Source of the DNA: Bacteroidales bacterium | GTDB taxonomy: Bacteria > Bacteroidota > Bacteroidia > Bacteroidales > FEN-979 | Direction: 5' to 3' | Assembly (NCBI GenBank): GCA_023229525.1 | Contig: JALNZC010000002.1 | Coordinates: forward strand, 33,090 to 97,089 | Length of the DNA: 64,000 nucleotides | Shown: in pieces, positions 55,303 through 63,607 of the stretch | How the letters are laid out: the number at the start of each line of letters is the position of its first letter | How positions within the stretch are numbered: position 1 is the first letter of the stretch | Translations under genes and position numbers: made by a program | Notes under the pieces: model-generated | Told to the model about the DNA's origin: nothing | Database searches by the model: none | The model's input: only the letters and a program-made list of their open reading frames with translations

Positions 55303-57813
55303 ATGACAGAAGAAATAAAAGAAGGCTATATACACGATTATGTTTCTGGTGTTGAAATAAAAGCCACACCTGAAGAAATTGAAGCCGTCCAAGTTTATTC
55401 AAAAATTCTTGTCGAGGACTATGAGTACCCAAAAAACCACCTTCAAACTCGACCTCAATGGAGGGTAAAAGTAAGACCTTCTGATAACAAAAAAGAGTAT
55501 CCTGTTGATATCGTTATTTTTGAGAATAACAAAAAGGAAGATGGAGCGGAGATCATTATCGTTGAATGTAAAAAAAGGAACCGTAAAGACGGTAGAACAC
55601 AGCTAGAAGATTACTTAAGATTTTCTAGAGCCAGTATTGGTGTGTGGTTCAATGGTGATGAAAAATTATTTCTTAAGAAATCTGAAAAAAAAGGAAAGGT
55701 TCTGTTTGAAGAAATACCAAATATTCCAAAGTATGGTGAGAAGCTTGAAGATATTGGACTGTACAAAAGGAAGGATTTAAAAATAGCCCATAACCTTAAA
55801 AGTGTTTTTAAAACGATAAGAAACTACCTGGCCGCCAACGCAGTTGGAATTACGCGAGACGAAGTATTCGCTCAACAAATTATCAATGTGATCTTCTGCA
55901 AGATTTACGATGAGCGCTTTACTAAACCGGAGGAAACAGTTAATTTTCGTGCGGGGATTGAGGAAGACTCAAATATTATAGCTAACCGAATAAAGGATAT
56001 TTTCGAAAAGGTTAAAACACAATACGGTGATGTTATTGAGAAAAATGACAGAATATTATTAGATGATTCCTCATTAACATATGTTGTAGGTGAGCTGCAA
56101 ATATATTCAATCACTCAAAGTGAGAGGGATGCAATAGCGGATGCCTTTGAAACATTTATTGGCCCCTCTTTAAAGGGTGGCCAAGGTCAGTTTTTTACTC
56201 CACGCAATATTGTCAGGCTAATAATTGAGATCGTCAATCCGTCTGAGACCGACAAAGTAATTGATCCGGCCTGTGGTAGTGGCGGATTTCTCGTTGAAGG
56301 GTTACGACATGTTTGGCGGAAGATTGACCAAAATGGTAAAAAATTCAACTGGCCTGATCCTGAGATTTATGCTGAGAAACAGAAGGCCGCCATTCAGAAT
56401 TTTAGGGGAATCGATAAGGATAATTTTCTTAGCAAGGTTGCTAAGGCTTACATGGCGATAATCGGTGACGGTCGCGGGGGCGTGTTTTGCGAAAACTCTC
56501 TTGAGAATTTTAAAAACTGGAAGGTCTCAACCAGAAATGGAATTAGTATTGGCGAATATGATGTGGTTGTTACTAATCCACCGTTTGGAAAAAAACTTAA
56601 GATTGATGACATCGGAATTCTAACTTCTTTTAATCTTGGCCATAAATGGAAAAATGACAAGAAAATAAAAACTTTCGAATTGACCAATATCCTTCAAGAT
56701 GCCCAGGCTCCTCAAATTCTTTTTGTTGAGAGATGCTTAGAGTTATTGAAGGATGGAGCTAAAATGGGATTTATTGCCCCGGAAAGTATGTTTTGTAACC
56801 CAAGTCATAGATACATCGTTCAGTATATTAAGTCTATAGCCAAAATAAAGGTAATAATTTCGTTGCCTGAGGAGTTGTTTCAACCATATACCCATGCTAA
56901 AACTTGCCTGGTTGTTCTTGAAAAGGACCTAAAAAAGGCGAAAGCTGATCACGAGATATTTATGGCTGTTGCTAAGTGGTGCGGTCATGATTCAAGGGGC
57001 CTTGAAATCCCCTTTGATGATATCCCCAAGATTCAGAATAGATATAATCAATATGTGACAGATGGGAAGATTGAATATGATCATTTAGGATTTACAATTT
57101 TAGAATCTCACATTAAAAGTAATGTTTATTTACCTAAATATTACAATCCGGAAATGCAGGATAAATTGAAAATTCTATCAGAAACTCACGACTTGGTCGA
57201 ATTTAAGGACTTAGTTAAAGCAAAGATTATTAGAGTATCAACTGGTGATGAAGTTGGCAAATTGAGTTATGGAACTGGTAATATCCCTTTTATTCGGACG
57301 TCTGATATCGCAAACTGGGAAATTAAAAGTGACCCAAAACAGGGTCTGAGCAATGAAATCTATGAGTCATTAAGGGAGAAGCAAGATGTTTGTGAAAATG
57401 ATGTCTTAATGGTTAGAGATGGAACATATTTAGTTGGCACCTGTGCTATTGTCACCAAACTCGAAACAAAGATTCTTTATCAGAGCCATTTGTACAAAAT
57501 CCGGTCACTTGACCCTGAGAAATTGCATCCATATTTGTTATTGGCGTTACTTTCCGCACCAATCGTTAAAGAACAAATAGCCGCTAAGCGTTTTACTCAG
57601 GATATTATTGACACGCTTGGGGAACGATTATATGAGCTCGTTTTACCTATACCGAAGAATGCCAAGGATAAGGAGAAAATTATAAAAAACATTGAAGATG
57701 TAATTTCTTATAGGATAAAAGCGAAGGAGATTGCTCGAACCACTATCTTAGAGTTAGCTCCTGATGGCACTGATTTTACAGATGAATATGATTTCTTGAC
57801 TATGAGCAAGTAA
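55303..57813 (+). CDS. Single-chain Type IIG-like restriction-modification enzyme: HsdR-N-like PD-(D/E)xK nuclease, N6-adenine methyltransferase and an HsdS-like target-recognition domain.
   Basis: Nuclease YPVDIVIF...IIIVECKK. Methylase FFTPRNIVRLI, VIDPACGSGGFLVE (motif I) and VVVTNPPFGKK (motif IV NPPF). The C-terminal single TRD has GNIPFIRTSDI. Confidence 0.8.
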   Translation: MTEEIKEGYIHDYVSGVEIKATPEEIEAVQVYSKILVEDYEYPKNHLQTRPQWRVKVRPSDNKKEYPVDIVIFENNKKEDGAEIIIVECKKRNRKDGRTQLEDYLRFSRASIGVWFNGDEKLFLKKSEKKGKVLFEEIPNIPKYGEKLEDIGLYKRKDLKIAHNLKSVFKTIRNYLAANAVGITRDEVFAQQIINVIFCKIYDERFTKPEETVNFRAGIEEDSNIIANRIKDIFEKVKTQYGDVIEKNDRILLDDSSLTYVVGELQIYSITQSERDAIADAFETFIGPSLKGGQGQFFTPRNIVRLIIEIVNPSETDKVIDPACGSGGFLVEGLRHVWRKIDQNGKKFNWPDPEIYAEKQKAAIQNFRGIDKDNFLSKVAKAYMAIIGDGRGGVFCENSLENFKNWKVSTRNGISIGEYDVVVTNPPFGKKLKIDDIGILTSFNLGHKWKNDKKIKTFELTNILQDAQAPQILFVERCLELLKDGAKMGFIAPESMFCNPSHRYIVQYIKSIAKIKVIISLPEELFQPYTHAKTCLVVLEKDLKKAKADHEIFMAVAKWCGHDSRGLEIPFDDIPKIQNRYNQYVTDGKIEYDHLGFTILESHIKSNVYLPKYYNPEMQDKLKILSETHDLVEFKDLVKAKIIRVSTGDEVGKLSYGTGNIPFIRTSDIANWEIKSDPKQGLSNEIYESLREKQDVCENDVLMVRDGTYLVGTCAIVTKLETKILYQSHLYKIRSLDPEKLHPYLLLALLSAPIVKEQIAAKRFTQDIIDTLGERLYELVLPIPKNAKDKEKIIKNIEDVISYRIKAKEIARTTILELAPDGTDFTDEYDFLTMSK

Positions 57814-57827
57814 AACGATAATGTAGT

Positions 57828-59675
57828 CTATTTTTTCGTAAAATTATGTAGCTCCGGCGTCCTTGCCGTAAATAATGCATATTTACTTAGCAGATTTCTG
57901 GCATATGGATTATGTAATCTTCTTACCCGCTTTATTCCATATTTAATCGAATTTTCTTCTAAAGAAATGATCTTCCCTAAGGAGGAGTTTAATGATATCT
58001 TTTTTGCTTTAAGCAAAAGGATGGTTCCGGCAGTTTCAGTGGCTAGATTTTTAATATCTTCTCTCAAATCTTTAATAGTTTTGAACATTTTTTCAAAATC
58101 GGTTTTCAGTTTTGGCAATCGTGATTCCCAGGATGAACTTATTAAATTCTGGTCAAAATCGATTAATGCTAAACTTGAAGCCTCCCCATCTTGATTAAAA
58201 ACACATAAATCTAATACGTTTAAATCGACTAGGATGGGCTTTTTGAGGTTTACTACCCCTATGTTCTGGTTGTCATCAGAATAACAATCAAGGAGAAATT
58301 TATTGGCTAAATAGGAATTTTGATTTCTATAAAGTTTTTGAAAGTTCATTATAAGTTTATCGACCTCATCATTATTTTTCTCATCGATCTTTAGTAATGT
58401 CGCAAATTCAGCGCCTCTTTTCCCATCACTCCTCATCATTAAATCACATTCTTGGGCAACAAGTATATAATTACCTTTATTATCTCCTTCGTAAACTTCA
58501 AAAATATCTCCATTTCCTAAAGGTAAATGAAGTGAGTTTAGTATTTTACTTTCAAGATAAATTTCAGCCCTTCTTAGTTTATCGCTGTCTTTATTTGGCT
58601 GACTGTCAAATTTGACCTCAAAACGAATATCACTTATTTTTTTTGCTTGTTTAATATCCGGATTAACAGTTTTGGGATAGGAGCTTGAAAACATAAATTC
58701 TCTAATCTTCTGATTATAAAGAATGTCGAAAAACCTTAATAGTGTTTCCACTTCCCAGACACCTTCTTCATTTGAAGAAATAAGGACTGATTGATCAAAA
58801 TCGTATGTATCAATGGATTTTATCCCCTCTAACACATCTGTTTGTACCTTAGTAACAAGTTCCAGGGATTCAGATTTTATTTTCTCGAAATATTTATCCA
58901 GAATTGCCTTTTTTATTCCATCACATATTAATTCTGGTGTTGAAATTCTTTGTTTTGTTAATGCAAAAAAATCTTTTGTATCCAGGCCAATCTCCTTTGC
59001 TAACTCTCCTCGCTTTTGAAATTCTTCATGCACCGAACTGATAGTATGGGTGATTAGAATACAAAAAGCTTTATCTCCCAGGCCCGTGTTTTTCACTTCC
59101 AATATTAGACTATTTCCCTTGGTTCTTCCTGTTGTGAATTCCTCATCAATAGCCTTGGTCAAATCTTGATCAAAAATAAGTAATACTTTTTCCGTTCCAG
59201 TTATTTTCTTATCAATATCCTTTGAAATAGTGCGCCATTCTTCAGGACCAATCAACTTTAAATACCTCTCTTCAAATATATTCTTTAATTCATGTGTCTT
59301 ATCATAATCATCTGGTTCGAAGGTTGTATCATTTAATCCGGCAAAACTCTTATAGATTGCAGATTTTTTAGGATCATCAAAGGTTTCCCATTTTTTAAGG
59401 AAATCCTCCAAAATAACATCGATGTCTGGTAAAGTAAAATTTATATCATTATTTAAAATTGCGATCACCTTTTCAGTTTGACTAGCTCCGTGCAATGTTC
59501 TGATATGACCTGCAATAATCGAATATACATCATTAATATTGTAATCATCAATAAAATATGCTTCTTTTATCCCTACCTGATTGAGTAAGTGGCCTAGTTT
59601 TTTTATAGTCTCCGGCAGGACATTTTGTTGTATAACTTTTAGTTCAGGCTCTTCACTCATAAGATCAATTTTCAA
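57828..59675 (-). CDS. 615-aa protein of unknown function, third gene of the methyltransferase/GHKL operon and a candidate effector or partner.
   Basis: A long AT-rich ORF. Its start (TTG 59675 or ATG 59660) overlaps or abuts the stop of the upstream gene (TGA 59665-59667). No catalytic motif recognised. Confidence 0.75.
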   Translation of the reverse strand: MKIDLMSEEPELKVIQQNVLPETIKKLGHLLNQVGIKEAYFIDDYNINDVYSIIAGHIRTLHGASQTEKVIAILNNDINFTLPDIDVILEDFLKKWETFDDPKKSAIYKSFAGLNDTTFEPDDYDKTHELKNIFEERYLKLIGPEEWRTISKDIDKKITGTEKVLLIFDQDLTKAIDEEFTTGRTKGNSLILEVKNTGLGDKAFCILITHTISSVHEEFQKRGELAKEIGLDTKDFFALTKQRISTPELICDGIKKAILDKYFEKIKSESLELVTKVQTDVLEGIKSIDTYDFDQSVLISSNEEGVWEVETLLRFFDILYNQKIREFMFSSSYPKTVNPDIKQAKKISDIRFEVKFDSQPNKDSDKLRRAEIYLESKILNSLHLPLGNGDIFEVYEGDNKGNYILVAQECDLMMRSDGKRGAEFATLLKIDEKNNDEVDKLIMNFQKLYRNQNSYLANKFLLDCYSDDNQNIGVVNLKKPILVDLNVLDLCVFNQDGEASSLALIDFDQNLISSSWESRLPKLKTDFEKMFKTIKDLREDIKNLATETAGTILLLKAKKISLNSSLGKIISLEENSIKYGIKRVRRLHNPYARNLLSKYALFTARTPELHNFTKK

Positions 59676-62175
59676 TAACCGAAGATAAGTTTAGTTGAAA
59701 TATATATCGATGATTATACTGATTAGTTTCATTAAGTAGTAAAATTTCACATCCAGATGATTCAAGTAATTGCTGAACAATAAATAGCCCCAAGCCTCTT
59801 CCGATTCTTTTAGGCTTAGTTGTTATAAATGGTTGGAATAGACTGTCTTGAACGTTTGGGTCTACTCCCTTGCCATTATCAAATATCCTCAAGAAAGGTT
59901 CCTTTAGCTCAATGGTAATTAATGGATCAAAACTGGATTCAATACTTTTTTTCTCTTTGAGCCAATATTCAGAATTAATAATAATATTATCAATCACTTG
60001 GGTAATTTTCCCTTTGTTTATGCGAATGCTATAATCCTGCCCAGGTTTAACGAAAACAATTTGAATTTTTCCTGAAAATCGTTCTTTATAATAATCGATG
60101 ATTTCATCAAGAAAACTTGTCATGCCAAGTAATTCCTTACTTTCTCTTACATATTTCAAGGAAGGGGAAATATGACTTAATTGTTTTCTAAATGATTTTG
60201 TGGCATTTTTAATGTATTCGATATAAATGTTGATAGAAAGTTTATCAAGGGTATCCTTGCTATTAGTCTTTTTTATTATCCGATCAGTTTCAAGAACGAT
60301 CCTGTCAACAATATTAAGTAATTCGTGAGAAAGAGCTTCGGAAGTAAGTCCTAGTCCGGCTAATTCTGCAAATTCCGAAAGTTGCTGTTCTAGGTTTTCT
60401 ATTTGTGGCTGTAAGAATTCAATATGTTCGTCTATTTTTTTCGTTTCGGCTAAGGTTGACATAACTTCCTCTAGCATAGCTTGCGCCTCTTCAATAATCT
60501 TGGCTAACCTTTGTAAACGGTCTGTAAACTCATGGTTATCTCCTGGAATTGATTGGCCCGTCGGGTTTTCAGATAAGTCAGAGACTTCATTCTCAATCGA
60601 TTTTAAGTTCTCCTTTATTAAAGTTGCTCTTTGACTTAATCTTTTCGCGGACAATGAAGTATCTCGCAATTGCTTAAAGGAATCTTTGATGTCCTTAACT
60701 CCGGTTGATTGTTGGGCGATTTTTATTTTATATTCATTATAACTTCTTCTAGTCCCTTCCAAAATGTTATTGATTTGTTCAATAAAATAATCCATAATTC
60801 GATTAAAATTTCTTGAATATGGATTATCCATAAAACCTTCTCTATCAGTCTTCTCTTTTAAGTTGTAATTGTCTCTAGCACTGATAGATACGAATCCAAT
60901 GATGTTTTTTGGTCGCAAGCCATAAAAAGAACTTCCAGATGTTTGCAAATTTGCTAAATTGAGCCAGTCTTGCCCATTTATTCCATATGGTTTAATCCCA
61001 AAGCCATCTCTAAATACCCGTACTCCAACTTGGTTCTGTACAATCCTCTTAAACTCTGAGAAAGAATCAAATACACTTTCAATGGCTTTAGAAGTTTGAA
61101 AATAGAAATCATCCATTTCACCATTAAAATTTCCAGGGTGGGCGATAACCTCTTCATTTTTGTTTTCGTCATGAAGTACCGCCATCTTATCAAGATCACG
61201 CAAATTAACCTCTTTCTTAAAACTAAAAAACCCGCCATGTAATTTTGAATATTCCAAATTTTGAATAGAATACCTTTTATTATGGCTTGAACTTGTGAGA
61301 TACGAAAAAAAATCCTTTCCACTATCTGGAAGAATGAATTTCTCATAAAAGGCAGTGTTCTCTATTGAATTTGAACCATTTATTTTTTGCAGTTTAATTT
61401 CACCTTCAAAAAATAGTTTATCCTCAGTTACTTTAAAGGAGTACCGAGAAACTGCGTTTTCTCTAATACTGTCATTAAGTTCATCAAGATCAACATTTTG
61501 TCCATTCAATTTTAAATAAACGGTAAAAACTCGCTTCTCCTTATAGGGGAATATCATCTGAGAAACTTGCCCTCGGAATCTATCCCAGGAGCTTCCTTCC
61601 CACCTTAAGGGTTCTTTAAGATTAGTTATTACGAGTACTGTGCCTTTCTCGTTTTTCGCCTTTGGAAAAGTGCCGAGATGAACTGGAACGGAAGTTAGCC
61701 ATATATCATCATTAAAATCATTCCAGTCAAAGGCAACGTGATTTTTTGTGTCGCTGTCAATTTTCCCGGTAAACAGTTCTAACCTGTTTCCCAATCGTTG
61801 GGTGCTTAATCTTCCAACCCCTTTCTCTCCAATCGGAGTGCGTCCTTTGGGAGTAACCTTACCGTCTTCTCTAAATTTCTTTTTCGCAGAAAGAGATATT
61901 TTCATCCAACTATTCCAAATGTCGCTGTCCGACATCCCGAATCCATTATCCTCAATCTTTATATATCCCTTGGCTGAGTCTTGATAAAAAGCATTGGGAT
62001 TTGATAGGTAGTCTTTTGTGTTTACTTCGACCTTAACCCAATCGGCATCAGCGTCATATGAATTTTTAATCAATTCCATGATTGCTGTAACTTCATCGGT
62101 AACCAGCTCTTCGCCAAGTTGTCGAATGACAGCGGCACTAATGTCGAAATGCGTAATATTGTTTTGATCAGCCAA
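59665..62175 (-). CDS. 836-aa dual-GHKL protein: an N-terminal MORC/MutL/Hsp90-like ATPase, a coiled coil, and a C-terminal histidine-kinase core (DHp H-box plus HATPase).
   Basis: N-terminal Bergerat motifs MELIKNSYDADA (ExxxNxxD), IEDNGFGMS and GEKGVGRLS. C-terminal H-box ALSHELLNIV, N-box VIDNIIINSEYW, G1 FDNGKGVD, F LFQPFITTK and G2 GRGLGLFIV. The TTG start overlaps the methyltransferase stop by 8 nt. Confidence 0.8.
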   Translation of the reverse strand: MADQNNITHFDISAAVIRQLGEELVTDEVTAIMELIKNSYDADADWVKVEVNTKDYLSNPNAFYQDSAKGYIKIEDNGFGMSDSDIWNSWMKISLSAKKKFREDGKVTPKGRTPIGEKGVGRLSTQRLGNRLELFTGKIDSDTKNHVAFDWNDFNDDIWLTSVPVHLGTFPKAKNEKGTVLVITNLKEPLRWEGSSWDRFRGQVSQMIFPYKEKRVFTVYLKLNGQNVDLDELNDSIRENAVSRYSFKVTEDKLFFEGEIKLQKINGSNSIENTAFYEKFILPDSGKDFFSYLTSSSHNKRYSIQNLEYSKLHGGFFSFKKEVNLRDLDKMAVLHDENKNEEVIAHPGNFNGEMDDFYFQTSKAIESVFDSFSEFKRIVQNQVGVRVFRDGFGIKPYGINGQDWLNLANLQTSGSSFYGLRPKNIIGFVSISARDNYNLKEKTDREGFMDNPYSRNFNRIMDYFIEQINNILEGTRRSYNEYKIKIAQQSTGVKDIKDSFKQLRDTSLSAKRLSQRATLIKENLKSIENEVSDLSENPTGQSIPGDNHEFTDRLQRLAKIIEEAQAMLEEVMSTLAETKKIDEHIEFLQPQIENLEQQLSEFAELAGLGLTSEALSHELLNIVDRIVLETDRIIKKTNSKDTLDKLSINIYIEYIKNATKSFRKQLSHISPSLKYVRESKELLGMTSFLDEIIDYYKERFSGKIQIVFVKPGQDYSIRINKGKITQVIDNIIINSEYWLKEKKSIESSFDPLITIELKEPFLRIFDNGKGVDPNVQDSLFQPFITTKPKRIGRGLGLFIVQQLLESSGCEILLLNETNQYNHRYIFQLNLSSVIEN

Positions 62176-63574
62176 GCTTCCTAAATATTAGAATGTCTTC
62201 ATTATTCATTAAAGCCGTGTCTTTATTTCGCTTAGCCATCCGCTTATTGATTATTTCGCGCTCGACCTGAGTTACTAACTTTCCACCCTTGCTCTCGATT
62301 AATTCAATAAGAATTTTGCTGTTAGGGATAGTAAGCCCGGCCACCCTTCTATTGCCAATAGTCCATATCTGGTAGCTATTCTTTTTTAATACCTGGAAAA
62401 TATTATCCAAAGTCTTATTTAGGTCCAAAATAAAAGCCGCCACCTTATTATGTTTATTTTCGTTGGTATTAATAATACTCTGATAAGTATTTCTAAAGGT
62501 TGGGCTTATTTCAAGTAAAGATATCAAATCTACTTGATTTAACTGTGATGTGATCCCCCCTAATGATCTTCTATCAATTTCGCTAGTTGTCCTTAAGAAA
62601 TCCCTTGTTGCAGTCTCATCAATATCTGGGAGATCAATCCATTGCAGCGGCAAATATGAGTGTTGTCCATAAGTGACGGTCGTCTTATTATCCCCATACG
62701 GTGGAGAAGTAACTAATAGATCGTAAAAGGGTTCAGCGGTAGGGTTGAATATCCCATCTTTCGAATTTAAAAGCTTGATTTCTACGTTTCCAGTATAACT
62801 TCCATTATGAACCATCCCAAATTTTGTCAGATAGTCCACGTGAGTCCTGTAGTCCTCAAGGCTTTTCGCTAAATGATATTTGAAAAGATCAGTGGCAGAT
62901 AAGTTACGGTTCAGTATTTCTTCTTGAGGTCTAGCGTGCAACTTAAAGGTGGAAGTTCGATCATTAGAGGTTAACCGAACGGTTTCTGAAAGTATCACCC
63001 ATAAGAACCTTCTGATAGAAAGATTATCCACTTTCCGAATGGCTCTAACGAGCCTGGAAAGTTCTTTGGCAATTTCCGGCTTAAACCATTTACTTAGCCC
63101 ACGGAAATCCACTTCAATATATTCGGACTTATCGGCTCCGATATTTTCTACCAGTTGAGATTGGCTATGCTTCAGGTCATTCAGAAAATATGGCCCAGTC
63201 CGAACTTTTGCTATAAGTATCGCTAATGGGTTGATGTCGAACCCATAACAATCAATGCCAGTTTCCATGCAAGCCGCTAAAGTTGTTGCTGATCCCATAA
63301 ATGGGTCCACCATGTTTTTGATCTCTGAGTCCGCCTGAAGTACAATTTCGATGAGCTTTCGTTGGACAACCGGGACCATCATTGCCGGGTACTGAAAGAA
63401 ATTACGGAGATATTCTCTTCGGTTAAATTCCGGGCAGGTCCATATATTTGAGTTCTCCCCAGTGGCTTTGGTAACCTCAGATATGATCCTCTTGTCTATT
63501 TCAATATACCTATCTACAACCCCTATTTTATTAGGAATCAGTTCATAAAAAGTGATTTTGCGTTGTGATAACAC
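62168..63574 (-). CDS. SAM-dependent DNA methyltransferase (N6-adenine or N4-cytosine class), first gene of the operon.
   Basis: Motif I VDPFMGSATTLAAC at about aa 90 and motif IV LVTSPPYGDN at about aa 290, with a variable region of about 200 aa between them (alpha-like order). GTG start. Confidence 0.8.
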   Translation of the reverse strand: MLSQRKITFYELIPNKIGVVDRYIEIDKRIISEVTKATGENSNIWTCPEFNRREYLRNFFQYPAMMVPVVQRKLIEIVLQADSEIKNMVDPFMGSATTLAACMETGIDCYGFDINPLAILIAKVRTGPYFLNDLKHSQSQLVENIGADKSEYIEVDFRGLSKWFKPEIAKELSRLVRAIRKVDNLSIRRFLWVILSETVRLTSNDRTSTFKLHARPQEEILNRNLSATDLFKYHLAKSLEDYRTHVDYLTKFGMVHNGSYTGNVEIKLLNSKDGIFNPTAEPFYDLLVTSPPYGDNKTTVTYGQHSYLPLQWIDLPDIDETATRDFLRTTSEIDRRSLGGITSQLNQVDLISLLEISPTFRNTYQSIINTNENKHNKVAAFILDLNKTLDNIFQVLKKNSYQIWTIGNRRVAGLTIPNSKILIELIESKGGKLVTQVEREIINKRMAKRNKDTALMNNEDILIFRKLG

Positions 63575-63599
63575 GATAGTACATAATTAGCCTTGAGTA

Positions 63600-63607
63600 C
63601 AAAAATA
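63600..63607 (-). promoter_or_regulatory. Candidate Bacteroidota -7 box (TATTTTTG on the minus strand) for the three-gene operon.
   Basis: Plus-strand caaaaata is the reverse complement of TATTTTTG, 26 nt upstream of the GTG at 63574. Confidence 0.35.

Noticed and set aside
55303-62175. Two island ORFs of exactly 836 aa each (55303-57813 and 59665-62175), considered as possible duplicates.
   Set aside because: Their sequences and motif sets are unrelated (NPPF methylase versus GHKL/histidine kinase). The equal length is coincidence.
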